Below, piece by piece: positions 43,758-54,099 of a DNA stretch of 64,000 bases. How positions within the stretch are numbered: position 1 is the first letter of the stretch; each line of letters starts with the position of its first letter. The notes under the pieces are model-generated. The model saw only the letters and a list, made by a program, of their open reading frames with translations, had not been told where the DNA came from and did no database searches. The stretch comes from an uncultured archaeon (GTDB taxonomy: Archaea; Thermoproteota; Bathyarchaeia; Bathyarchaeales; Bathycorpusculaceae): contig CAWALK010000015.1 in NCBI GenBank assembly GCA_963782915.1, positions 96,001 through 160,000 on the forward strand, written 5' to 3'. A program made the position numbers and the translations under genes.

Positions 43758-43939
43758 CTATTGGGTTTCTTTGGGGTTGATGAAGGCTGCGACGAGTTTT
43801 CCGCAGTTGGGGCAGTGGATGTGGAGTCCTTTGTCGCTGTTTTGGTAGCCTGAGAGGTGGGCGTCCTTTTTGGGGATAATGCAGCCGCAGGTGCATTTCC
43901 ATACAGGTTGGGGTTCTTAAGCAGGTGGATGGTTTTCAT
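43758..43939 (-). CDS. Small zinc-ribbon protein with a 1-bp frameshift
   Basis: Hand-joined: MKTIHLLK/EPQPVWKCTCG...IHCPNCGKLVA. Confidence 0.5.
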
Positions 43940-44073
43940 TCTTAACACATTGGCATTGTTTCTATGCACCTATAATATAACTTTTACTTATTTTGCCTTA
44001 TTTGCCCAGTTTATGCCAGATATTTACAGATAAAGCCCTAAACAGGCCTACACGAGGGCTAACTAATGACAAA

Positions 44074-44245
44074 ATGGTTAAAGTAAAGTTAAAGCGTAAC
44101 ACCGTGACTGTAACCACCCGAGCTAATCCACTGGATCGATGAACAGGTTAAGCAGGGACACATTGCCGACAGGAAGCCACGATATAGTACAGTATCAGTT
44201 CATAAAGTCAAGGAGTTAATTGAGAAGGGCGAAATTAAATTCTAG
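44074..44245 (+). pseudogene. Frameshifted ribbon-helix-helix (CopG/Arc-like) gene
   Basis: Hand-joined: MVKVKLKRNTVTVT/PELIHWIDEQVKQGHIADR/SH...KVKELIEKGEIKF. Confidence 0.5.
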
Positions 44246-44334
44246 CACCTATCACCTGAAAAAGCCTTTTTTGTTTTAATTTTTGTTTGCGAGGATTCAT
44301 AGATCCATGTGAAGCAGAGTGTAAGACTGAGATA

Positions 44335-44440
44335 AGGTGGTTGTGGTTGGTGGTTTGTGTGTTGGTGAGGTGAGGGAGTTGAGATAAGGGAGGGATGAGG
44401 GGAGGAATAAGCTGTTTTGGCAACAACTACTATAGAATAA
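44335..44440 (-). repeat. Dispersed intergenic repeat, degenerate copy
   Basis: Minus strand TTCTATAGTAGTTGTTGCCAAAA matches the start of the 52781 copy; followed by CCCTCCCTTAT. Confidence 0.55.
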
Positions 44441-44497
44441 CCGTCAGTGACTTGTGGATGTATATATGGGTCTTTGATGTTGTTGTTTTGATTTGCG

Positions 44498-44866
44498 ATG
44501 CCATCCGAGAATTTTAAAGCCTACATTGTCTCTTTGATTCATGTTGAGGGTAAAACGGAAGAAGCGATTGAGTTGCTCTCAAAAGAGTACCATGTTTCGG
44601 TGCCGGCGTTGAAAGTGGGGTTGCCGAAAAAACATAAAACAACCGCATACGGATGCTACCAAGCAAACAACCAAACAATCAGCGTCTTAAACAGCGACAT
44701 ATACGTTAACCCGTTTGTTATTTTGCACGAATTCTATCATCATCTGCGGAGCAAAGCCGTGGATCACATGCATAAAGGCACAGAGGGTAACGCAGACAAA
44801 TTCGCAATGGACTACATCAAGCAGTACCAGTTGGCTGCATTAAAAGCCCAGTTGGGCACTCAATAG
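44498..44866 (+). CDS. Small HExxH metallopeptidase-like protein
   Basis: ILHEFYHH...EGNADKFA. Confidence 0.75.
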   Translation: MPSENFKAYIVSLIHVEGKTEEAIELLSKEYHVSVPALKVGLPKKHKTTAYGCYQANNQTISVLNSDIYVNPFVILHEFYHHLRSKAVDHMHKGTEGNADKFAMDYIKQYQLAALKAQLGTQ

Positions 44867-45282
44867 AAATCTTCGTCATCCTTGCATTCTATCGGCGCCA
44901 CAATTTCGATGGGCACTTTGTCGCCGTCTGAATCGTAAGCTGCGATACAGTTTTTGCCCTCAAATGGAGGACCCACAATCATCAAAACCCTGCCGAAAAA
45001 ATAGTTCATATCCACATGACTCGGCGAAATATTGCCCGAAGGATGAGAATGCACCGTCCCAACCAAGCTAAAGTCACCAGAAAATAAGTAAGGGTTGAAA
45101 TGGACTTCGCCGTGGCCGTGCGCTGCAAAGGGCGCCAGAATTAAATCGTTAATCTCTATTGTGCCCTTGCGTTTCTTGCCCCGAAGCAACAGGAAACTTT
45201 CACGCGGAAAGAGTTCTTTGGCGCCTGCATAGATGGTTTCAAGTATGTTGCTTGGGATATGCACGGTTATTTCGGAGGTCAT
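44860..45282 (-). CDS. JAMM/MPN+ metalloprotease
   Basis: PRE...HSHPSGNISPSHVD. Confidence 0.9.
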   Translation of the reverse strand: MTSEITVHIPSNILETIYAGAKELFPRESFLLLRGKKRKGTIEINDLILAPFAAHGHGEVHFNPYLFSGDFSLVGTVHSHPSGNISPSHVDMNYFFGRVLMIVGPPFEGKNCIAAYDSDGDKVPIEIVAPIECKDDEDFY

Positions 45283-45405
45283 ACGTGAACCTTTGGATTT
45301 GTATGTTAAGAACTTTGCCCAAAAACCCTTGCCCCCTTGAACTTTAAGCTAAAAAATTAGGTAAACATTTAAACCACAATCGCTGTAAAGTGTTGAATCG
45401 TCAGT

Positions 45406-45490
45406 GCCGGGATGGCAGAGTGGTTAACGCGCGGGCCTTGAGAGCCCGTGGACCTCCTGGTCCGCATGGGTTCGAATCCCATTCCCGGCG
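45406..45490 (+). tRNA. tRNA-Ser(TGA)
   Basis: GCCGGGA/TCCCGGC acceptor stem; CGGGC-CTTGAGA-GCCCG anticodon arm; long variable arm; GGTTCGAATCC; G73. Confidence 0.95.
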
Positions 45491-45500
45491 CTCTTTTGTG

Positions 45501-46097
45501 TTATATCAGTTTTTGATCGGTAACCGCAGATTTCAGGTGCACTGACACCTTTTTCGCAACCAAATAACTTATCGGAACCACATAAATTGGCACTGTAATG
45601 TTGTATAAAACTATGGCCGGCATTGCTATCAAGACGCTGTTGAATGCTTCGGAGATGCTCAAACCCGAAACTATAAACACTAAATATGGGAAAACCAAGA
45701 AATCCATAGGCAACATCAAAAGTGTCCTCGTAAAAACCGCACACACTGTAGATAAAGCCGCAGACTTTGCTTTAAAAAAAGGTTTATTCTGAATTCTCGA
45801 TTTAAGTATTCTTCCGAAAATATACACTCCAAGAACCATTGTTAAAACCGAAAAGAGATAGTATGGTGCGCCAATAATCCCAACCGGATTAGGATAAATT
45901 GTCATCGACACAAACATGTCAGCTATGGCGATGGTTAACCCGATTTTTATTCCAAAAAGAAGGAAGGCTATTACCAATATAATGTCGCCCAACTGATAGC
46001 TATAACCAAACAGGAAGGGTACTGGAATCCTCACAAGGTTCAATGCTGTTGCAAGAGCGGTGAAAGCAATTACTAAGCCCAATGTTTTGCTGTTCAT
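45501..46097 (-). CDS. ECF transporter S component
   Basis: FTALATAL..RIPVPF; about 6 TM segments. Confidence 0.75.
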   Translation of the reverse strand: MNSKTLGLVIAFTALATALNLVRIPVPFLFGYSYQLGDIILVIAFLLFGIKIGLTIAIADMFVSMTIYPNPVGIIGAPYYLFSVLTMVLGVYIFGRILKSRIQNKPFFKAKSAALSTVCAVFTRTLLMLPMDFLVFPYLVFIVSGLSISEAFNSVLIAMPAIVLYNITVPIYVVPISYLVAKKVSVHLKSAVTDQKLI

Positions 46098-46179
46098 TGA
46101 TTCTCCCTATAACAGCTACTCTTACGAGTTATAGAGCATTAATAATTTTTCATACACTTATTTTCCAACACGATGAATG

Positions 46180-46668
46180 TTAAGGTGAAATACTAGCGAG
46201 TTCACGGCTCTTTTTACTCAAAACCTTTCCAAAATTCAACCCAATAGGAAAACTCGTATCGTTGATACAAGCTAACTCTACACGCTGCAAATGCGGAGCC
46301 CTTCTTGCCTCATTAACTAACGTCTGGATGCTTTTCAAATCTGTAATCGGCGCTATGGCTAAAATGTCATAAGGCCCCATAGTTTCAGTTACAACAATAA
46401 CGTTTTTTACGTTTTTAAGATAACCTATCGTTTCTGTCTTGTTACTGTTTGGTGAAAGAGTTATCAAAAGAAAGGCTTTACCCTGGTAACCGAGCTTTGA
46501 AAGATCAATAGATACCATTGACCCAAAAATTAAACCTTCTTTCACCATTTTTTCATAGCGTCTTCCAACAGTATACGGTGTTGAGTCAACCCTCTTGGCA
46601 ATTTCTACAAAAGATAACGTACCGTCTTGGAGTAACTCGTTTAGTATAAGATAGTCTAGTTTGTCCAT
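46180..46668 (-). CDS. Lrp/AsnC-family regulator
   Basis: MDKLDYLILNEL HTH; GPYDIL RAM domain. Confidence 0.9.
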   Translation of the reverse strand: MDKLDYLILNELLQDGTLSFVEIAKRVDSTPYTVGRRYEKMVKEGLIFGSMVSIDLSKLGYQGKAFLLITLSPNSNKTETIGYLKNVKNVIVVTETMGPYDILAIAPITDLKSIQTLVNEARRAPHLQRVELACINDTSFPIGLNFGKVLSKKSRELASISP

Positions 46669-46670
46669 TG

Positions 46671-47147
46671 TTATACGTCCTTTAAGGGAGCCAAATCCAA
46701 ATTGTTATAATTCAGGTACGGTAGACCCGACCAAACATTGACAATTACCTTTCGTACACCGAATCGTCTCCGTATGCTTTCGACTCTCTCGTTTAGAGTT
46801 GCTATATTTTCGGCATAGACTACAGCTGTTAAATCGTATGCTCCGATGCTCGTTGAAGGCTCAATCAGGTACATGTAATCTTTTAGGTATTGTAGTATCT
46901 CCTCGATGTTGGCATCTGTTTCCATTCCTATCGTTGCAACAATCTGGAATCCAAGCGGAGCAATCGGCGGAAAAACAGTCACGCCGGTTATTACACCAAT
47001 TTTTTTTAGGTGGTTGATTCGGTTCAATACAGATACCGCTGAAATGTCGCATTTTTTTGCGATTTCTTTAAGACTGGTGCGGGCATCTTCGATAAGCATC
47101 CTCAAAATTTTTTGGTCAATATCATCAATTTCAACGGCGGTGGTCAT
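46671..47147 (-). CDS. Lrp/AsnC-family regulator
   Basis: IDDIDQKILRMLIEDARTSLKEIA; GAYDL. Confidence 0.9.
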   Translation of the reverse strand: MTTAVEIDDIDQKILRMLIEDARTSLKEIAKKCDISAVSVLNRINHLKKIGVITGVTVFPPIAPLGFQIVATIGMETDANIEEILQYLKDYMYLIEPSTSIGAYDLTAVVYAENIATLNERVESIRRRFGVRKVIVNVWSGLPYLNYNNLDLAPLKDV

Positions 47148-47668
47148 TGCTGAACCTGTCAACTCAGCGTTACCGATTTAAATAAAGCTTCGCCACTTCG
47201 ATAGCTTAGAACCTGAAATTTTTTAAAAAAAAAGCATCTGGACGAACTAATGGGTCACTATTTTAAGGCTAAAACAAATTGGAATTAATAATACTGCAAT
47301 AAATATCTCTAACCTGCGTTATACAAAGAATCGAAATCAACTCGAGTCTACCCAAGGCTGGTAGGTCAAGAAATACTTCTGTTCGCAACATTCAGCTCGA
47401 TTTCATGCATTGAAGGCGTAATCTGCGGCTTTAGCGCTGTATACGTAGGCCTTGCAGAGGTTCTAAACGAAGCGGCATCAAAGGGTAATTTTACCTCTCT
47501 GGCCTAAGCAATAACCAATTTTTTTTAATTTTTTTATTGCTTGTATGTGTATTGACCCACTAACATAACGCTAAAATAGTCGGCTTCTGAGTTGGAGCTT
47601 GAATTCATAACTCATTTATAAGCAAAACAAGAACAAGCATTCGGAATCTGAATAACGAAGGGCTAGGT

Positions 47669-49159
47669 ATGACCGAAAACGATCAAAAGAAAATTACCGA
47701 GTATGAAAAGAAAATTGATACTCTCATAAAAGAAATTACAAAACAAAAAACAATAAACACCGAACTGATAAAGTCACAAGCAAAAGTATTGGAAGACGCA
47801 ATCAAAGGCGCCCAAGACATCGTAAAAAGCAACGAAGCTACAATAAAATCAAACCGCCACATTGCCGAGCTCGCAAACAGCGCTCAACAATCAGCCGTTG
47901 AAGTCTCAAAATTAGCTTTAGACACAACCGCTGTAATTGACAAGGTTGCAGTAGCCGCCAAAAGCGTCGGCGATGTAGCTGGAAAAGTCTTTGAAAACGC
48001 TGACAGCGCCACCAAAGCAAGCGGACGTGTTTTAGAGATGGGTAGACAAGCAGCCAACGTATCAAACCAAATGGCCATTGGCATGCAACAAGTCAGCACA
48101 GCCTCACAGCAAGTTTCAACAGGCGCACAAAAACTAGCTGACCTCGCTCAAGGTGCAGCTCGAAGTACCGAATCACTCAAGAAAGTAATGGATGAAGCAG
48201 GAATAATTGCACGCGAAGCAACCTGCACAACCGATGAAGCCCTTAAAAAATCGCGAGAAGCAAACGAGAAAAGCCAAAAAGGTCTCCAAGCAATCGAAAA
48301 CATCAAAGCCGACATAGCAAAAGTCGGGGAAGCAGTAACCTCCATGGTTAGCTCAGTTGAACAAGTTGGCGAAATGGCCAATTCCGTTTCTGATATTGCT
48401 GGTCAAACTAACATGTTGGCGTTGAACGCTGCCATTGAAGCAGCAAGAGCTGGTGAAGCAGGCCGCGGATTCGCAGTAGTCGCAGACGCAGTAAAAGGTC
48501 TCGCGGGTCAATCAAAAGAAGCAGCTGGATCATCCATTAATCTCGTAAAAGGCATTAAGGAAGCTGGCAGTCGGACAAGTGAAATCTCAAAACAATCTCA
48601 AGTAGGTGCACAGCAAGGAGCCAACATTGTATTAGGCGCAATAAAAGAATCTGAAGGAATCGCCAAAATCATGGGTGAAATGAGCGTAAAAGTCGGCAAC
48701 TTAACAAACGGCGTCGAACGAGGATTAGAAGCAATCACTTCCGTAACAAAAACCATTGAAGAAGTTGCAAGCATCGCCGAAGAAAGCAGTTCTGCATCAG
48801 AAGAAGCGTCCTCAGCTACCGAAGAACAAACTGCCGCAGCACAACAGATGGCTGGAATCGCAAAAGACGTATCTGAAACCGCTGAAGTACTTGAAAGCAA
48901 CTCAAAATCAGTCGTTAAAAGTGCTCAAGAAATGGCGCAATTAGCAACCGGCGTAAGCAACGATGCCGCAGTCGTAGAAAAATCCGCTAAAGAAATCGGG
49001 ACCCAAATAGAAAAAGTCTCCTCAGCAACACAATCAGTTCGCGATCAAGCTTTAGAAGCAGTGGAAGCTGCAGAAAAAACAAATGGTGACCTGCAAAAAC
49101 TCATAGACTACCGCACTAACCTCCTCAACGAATTAAAAACAAAATATAACGTAGAATAG
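47669..49159 (+). CDS. Soluble methyl-accepting chemotaxis protein
   Basis: [30 protein letters not shown]; no TM segment. Confidence 0.93.
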   Translation: MTENDQKKITEYEKKIDTLIKEITKQKTINTELIKSQAKVLEDAIKGAQDIVKSNEATIKSNRHIAELANSAQQSAVEVSKLALDTTAVIDKVAVAAKSVGDVAGKVFENADSATKASGRVLEMGRQAANVSNQMAIGMQQVSTASQQVSTGAQKLADLAQGAARSTESLKKVMDEAGIIAREATCTTDEALKKSREANEKSQKGLQAIENIKADIAKVGEAVTSMVSSVEQVGEMANSVSDIAGQTNMLALNAAIEAARAGEAGRGFAVVADAVKGLAGQSKEAAGSSINLVKGIKEAGSRTSEISKQSQVGAQQGANIVLGAIKESEGIAKIMGEMSVKVGNLTNGVERGLEAITSVTKTIEEVASIAEESSSASEEASSATEEQTAAAQQMAGIAKDVSETAEVLESNSKSVVKSAQEMAQLATGVSNDAAVVEKSAKEIGTQIEKVSSATQSVRDQALEAVEAAEKTNGDLQKLIDYRTNLLNELKTKYNVE

Positions 49160-49174
49160 GTAACGGCGAACACA

Positions 49175-49624
49175 ATGCAGACTGTAGTACAAACAGGCGA
49201 CTTACAAATCGTTAACTTCACAATCGGCGAAGTCAACTATGGCGTGCCAGTGGAACAAGTTCGAGAAGTCAGGGACATGCAGACGGTAACTCCCGTCCCA
49301 GGTTCCCCAGCTTTCGTCGAAGGAGTAACTAATCTACGCGGTCAAATAATCACTGTGATGGATCTTCGAAAACGCTTAGGATTACCTGATAAGAGCATTG
49401 CAAACGAAAAAATAATCATCATTGACCTCGGAAAACATGCAATCGGCGTAGTAGTTGACGCAGTTACTGAAGTATCAACGATACGTGGACCAGATATCGA
49501 GAAGAATTCAGAGGTTACCTCAACACTGGATGAATCAATATTAGGCGTTGGAAAACAAGGCAATCACTTAACCATCATTCTAGATATTGCCAAGACAATT
49601 TCTAGAGTGCAAAACACCGCTTAA
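49175..49624 (+). CDS. cheW: Chemotaxis coupling protein CheW
   Basis: TPVPGSP..EGVTNLRGQII..DLR and GVVVDAV. Confidence 0.93.
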   Translation: MQTVVQTGDLQIVNFTIGEVNYGVPVEQVREVRDMQTVTPVPGSPAFVEGVTNLRGQIITVMDLRKRLGLPDKSIANEKIIIIDLGKHAIGVVVDAVTEVSTIRGPDIEKNSEVTSTLDESILGVGKQGNHLTIILDIAKTISRVQNTA

Positions 49625-49698
49625 ACCAACAGTAGCCAATAAACACCTAAAAAGCAAGCTTGCCTCAGTAAAATGAGGCAACGCTTGAATTTTGATTT

Positions 49699-50070
49699 CT
49701 ATTCTAACATTAAAAATTTCTTTACGAAATCTGTCATTTCTTTATTGAAATTCTGCATCATGGACGTTATTACGTCGTTTCCTTTTTCGGTTAATGAGTA
49801 GACTGTTTTTCTATTATCCGATTCACCCTTTATGAGCCCTTTGCGTTCCATCGAATATAGAGTTGCATAGACTGTGCCGGGGCTTAGAATACCGCCGAAT
49901 TTGTTGTTAACGAATGCTGTTACATCGTATCCACTTAGGTTGCTGTGTTTTTTCATTTCGATAAGGATTAAGATGTCTAGAAAGCTTTTGATTACGCGTG
50001 TTTCAATGTCTTTTGGAGTGTAACCGGTGATGAATTTGGATGATTTTTCGTTTTCTGTAAAGTCACTCAT
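49699..50070 (-). CDS. PadR-family regulator
   Basis: SGYD...SPGTVYATLYSMERKGLI...YSLTEKG. Confidence 0.9.
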   Translation of the reverse strand: MSDFTENEKSSKFITGYTPKDIETRVIKSFLDILILIEMKKHSNLSGYDVTAFVNNKFGGILSPGTVYATLYSMERKGLIKGESDNRKTVYSLTEKGNDVITSMMQNFNKEMTDFVKKFLMLE

Positions 50071-50410
50071 TTCTATTTCGCCCTATGGCTTTCAGTTGGT
50101 ATGTTCGATAGCATCATTTAAGATTATCGTTTTAGAAGAGCGTTTGCAAGAATAAATAGTTAATGTTCAATTTTTTATCGCTCGGTCTGTTAAAAGTTAA
50201 AATTTTTTCTGTTGAATTTACTATTTAGCCCTTATATGCGACGTCTTTTTGAGTCATTTATTGCTTGATTATTCCATATTATGTCTGCGTTTTGCTGTTA
50301 ATGCTTCATTTTTTGGATATTTTTCATATTTAAAGTTACAGTCAGCACAAGGCTTAAAAATCTAAGCTTCAGACAAGTATTCGATAACCGAATATAGAGA
50401 GGAGACTTCA

Positions 50411-52685
50411 ATGCTAAAAAATAACTTTACAAGAAAAATAAAACTCAGCACGGATTTACCCCCACCTCCGCCGCCCCCACCACCAACATCTCCAAAAAAC
50501 CGCAAAAAACTCTTTGCCATCCTCGCAATCGCCTTAGTCATAATCATACTTGTCCCGACAATGCTTGTCTTTTCAGGTGCACTAAACTTCAACGGCAACA
50601 ATACAAACCCACCACCAACCCCCACTACAAATCCGACGAATTCTGTAATTTCTCCAGGTGTAACTACTCAGCCAACCACCAACAATATAGTCAGTATGAC
50701 ATCGGGTTCTAAAGTTACTGTTACCTCACAGTCCATTGGCTCCGGCGGTGGAACCATCCAAGTAACAGACACCTCAAGCCCACTCTATGGCCTCAAAATC
50801 GTTGTTCCCCCAGCAGCAACATCTGAAACTATCCAGTTCACCATAAGCTACGCAGACATCTCAAACATCAACGGTTTACCCACAGGCGCTTCCCCTGCAA
50901 GCAAACTTATAACCATCCACGCCACAGGATCAGCTGAATTCAACCAGTACGAAATGTTGGATAAACCAGTCGAAGTAACCCTGCCCTATGATTCAACAGC
51001 AGCTAACGATGATTCCTCACCCGTACGATTCTACTGGTACGACGCATCTAACGGCAAATTAGATTCAACCGGTTTTCTAAGCGAAGACAAAACAGCACAT
51101 ACCATAACATTCATGACTGCTTCATTCTCTGATTTTCTTGCAGTAGAATTAGACATTACCCTTTCACAGCTTGCCGGCGAAACTAACTACACAGTCGACA
51201 CGGGCTTTCGAGCCTCAACCAACGGCTGGTTCATTCCCAACTATGGCTCAGTGCAGACTCCGGGCGGTATGTGTCTTGGTATGGTTAACTACGCAAAATG
51301 GTACTACACCTACCACAGCTCAGACACAGGATTAAACGCTAAATACATCGAAGGCGACACCGCAGAGTGGCGAGACGACGCAACTGCAATTCAATTAGCA
51401 GCCCGAGCTCATCTAGCAACTAGCGGTATATGGAATTCACTTACACAAGAAGAAAAGGGCTGGGCAGAAGCAAACGCACGCGAAGTAGGTTTAAGCTGGT
51501 TATCCGGCATGATCGTAACCGGCGAGCCGCAATTAATTGGCTTAAAGGCTCGGGTTAACAATGGAACCTACTTGAATTATGCTCATGCAGTCATGACTTA
51601 CGGATACTCCGATGGATGCTTCCAAATCTATGACCCTAACTTCCCAGGTTCCAACTGGGGCGATAGAATGCGAACAATACCCTTCTCATACACTGACGGA
51701 TTTAACGAAACATACGTTTCAGGAACAACCCGTGCAGACAGCTTAGTCTTCAACATCTTCTACCATGCCGGCTCTAAACTTTCATCAACACCCAGCGACT
51801 ATCAAGGGCTCTACGATTCAGCTCAAAGCAAATTCCAAGGCAGCAGCACTTTCCCAACCGTAACCCTAACCGATACAAGCACAACACCCACAGGAACAAC
51901 TCCCACAGACACAGATAGTGACGGAATACGAGACACAACCGAAGCCAAAACAACAATATCCGGCACCATCACAGGCGGACAAGACACCATAAACTCCACA
52001 TTAGTCTTCGTTGACAACAAAAAATACACCTCACCAGTCGTTGACGGCGCATTTTCAGTCGAAGTACCCTTACTAACAGGCGACAACGACGTTGTAGTGC
52101 TCGCAACCGACAGTAACACTTTCAGTAACTGGGCAGGATTCCTCCGTGACACGATAAAATGCACTGCAAGCCCCGCTGCTCTAACAGTGACTCTTACTTG
52201 GGATCAAGACCAAAGCGACGTAGACTTACATGTGCTCGAACCAGGAACAGATGGACGCCACATATACTATAGCTACAAGGGTTATACAGGCACAAACCCA
52301 TACCTTGACTTAGACAACACCTACAGTTATGGACCAGAACATTACTATGCAATAGAAGGCTCAACACTTCCCGGCTCAACAAATCTCTATGGCACACTAC
52401 CAAGTCCGCGTTCAATACTACAGTGATAAAAGCGATGCAGATACCCCGCAAACAATCACTTGGCACCTAAACGTAAAGTATCTTGCATTCAAAAATACCC
52501 AGACTGGGCAGGAATATTGGGTTGAAGAATCACGAGACGGCGTTCTCTCAACACCCAACAGTTCTGGTACAGCAGATTTCACCGGCGGCGATGCATCGTG
52601 GTCAAGCATTTGGAACATTGATTACTCTGCGCCAAACATTTCGGACTATAACATTCCTGCTCCACCACAGAACCATTTTAGCTAA
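50411..52685 (+). CDS. Membrane-anchored surface protein with a C-terminal YfaP/DUF2135-like domain, frameshift near 52395
   Basis: N-terminal TM helix; Cys/His/Asp-containing middle region (GMCLGM..HAV..YDPN); LTWD..SDVDLHV.EP and DLDN..YGPE. Confidence 0.75.
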
Positions 52686-52780
52686 AATTAGATTAGCCCG
52701 ATTTTTTGGGCTCCACTAACTTTTTTTATTTTTAATTAGAGTTGAGAGCGCGTTTGTTATTTATCAGAGACCTGTCTTGT

Positions 52781-52920
52781 TTTTCTATAGTTGTTGTTGC
52801 CAAAAACCCCTTATACACAACAACAACCAGTGGGCTTGGTTATGTGATAGACCGCAAGCAAACCAACGGAGGTCTTTTGCTCTCACCGACCTACCCCCCT
52901 CTATTTATAGGCTCAATAAA
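52781..52920 (+). repeat. Dispersed intergenic repeat, copy 2
   Basis: Same hairpin (N18 loop), GCAAGCA, GGTCTTTTGCTCT and CCCCCCTCTATTTATAGGCT as 10584-10772. Confidence 0.82.
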
Positions 52921-53212
52921 TGCTTAGCTGGGTGCTTGGGGATTGTATGGGTGCAGTCTTTTTGTTTGGAAGGCTATGGGTTTGTTGGGTCCTATGACGG
53001 TTTTGTTTGCAGTTGTTTTTAAATGAGATTTGGTTGGTTTGGCTGGTAGCTGCTTTTGATTTCTGCGTTAAATGGCGATTGCCGACTGGTTGCGGCGATT
53101 TCTGCAAGCAGAACAAAAGAAAATTTTTTTTGACCTACTGATAGAGTGGAAAAAGTGGATCCTTTCCTTTTGGTTCTACAATAGGCACCTGCTATGGCTT
53201 AAGTTGGTTTAT

Positions 53213-54076
53213 CTATCCAAGTTCAAAGCTTGTAACACCAAAAATTTTGTTAAGCGGCAAATCCGGCGCTTTCCTAGTATACATCCTAAGCGTGCTAAAA
53301 ACTGGTTCCATACGGTATTTTTCTGCGAGTGCAATCCCTGCAGCGTTTGGTTCAGGTACATCGAGAAAAACGGTTTCCCCGCATACTGGCGTCGTTAAAC
53401 TATCAAAGAGCATCGTTGCATAGGCTGAATTCTCTGCGAAGAGGGGCCCAATTTTGTAGCCCTCCATGCATTTGCGGATAACACCATAACCACTGATTGC
53501 ATCTGTCTTTTGATTGCGGATTAACATGCTTGAGGCGTTCTTCTGATATAACCAACACTCAAGAAACCTTGACCTATCGAAACGGAAGCACCCCAAATCA
53601 TAAGTTGCTACCTCAGCAAAATCGTCCTTTTCAATGGGAAAACATCGCTTAGTAGGTGTATATTGTGCGGTTCCAGCGTATCGTGTGTTGCTGTATGCGA
53701 GTTTTAAGCCCTTGTGTGCATATTTATCTCGCATTCCAACGACGCCGTCTAAACCCAGATTCATTTCCCTGCATAGGTTTAGTGCATAATTTTGGATTTG
53801 CAATCCTATTCCTTTACCCCTGAACTCGGGTTTTACAATGTAGAGTCCCTCAAACACGAAATTCCCAGGATACTTTACCAGTGATATTGTGCCGACTATT
53901 TCGTTGCCCAGTTTAGCTGCATAGAAACCCGTTGGGTCTGCGTGGTAGAAGCATTCGGCGTCGTGGATGCCTGGGTTCCAGCCTTCTTTTTGTGCCCAAT
54001 TGATAGCGAGGTGTACTTCGCTTTGGGTCATTTGCTCAATGGTTATTTCGGGTTTGGTATTAGGGTAAGTGCTCAT
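53213..54076 (-). CDS. GNAT-family N-acetyltransferase (tandem GNAT, YitH-like)
   Basis: EGWNPG, PEFRGKGIG, KIGPLFA and SFELG. Confidence 0.88.
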   Translation of the reverse strand: MSTYPNTKPEITIEQMTQSEVHLAINWAQKEGWNPGIHDAECFYHADPTGFYAAKLGNEIVGTISLVKYPGNFVFEGLYIVKPEFRGKGIGLQIQNYALNLCREMNLGLDGVVGMRDKYAHKGLKLAYSNTRYAGTAQYTPTKRCFPIEKDDFAEVATYDLGCFRFDRSRFLECWLYQKNASSMLIRNQKTDAISGYGVIRKCMEGYKIGPLFAENSAYATMLFDSLTTPVCGETVFLDVPEPNAAGIALAEKYRMEPVFSTLRMYTRKAPDLPLNKIFGVTSFELG

Positions 54077-54099
54077 GGTACAAAGGAAGCAGCCTATTG

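Noticed and set aside
40919-45490. Region between the two tRNAs as an integrated element
   Set aside because: No tRNA-end duplication or integrase seen
47440-47510. Possible RNA structure upstream of the MCP gene (TAGGCC/GGCCTA, AGAGG/CCTCT)
   Set aside because: Stems are short, single-copy and match no riboswitch I recognise
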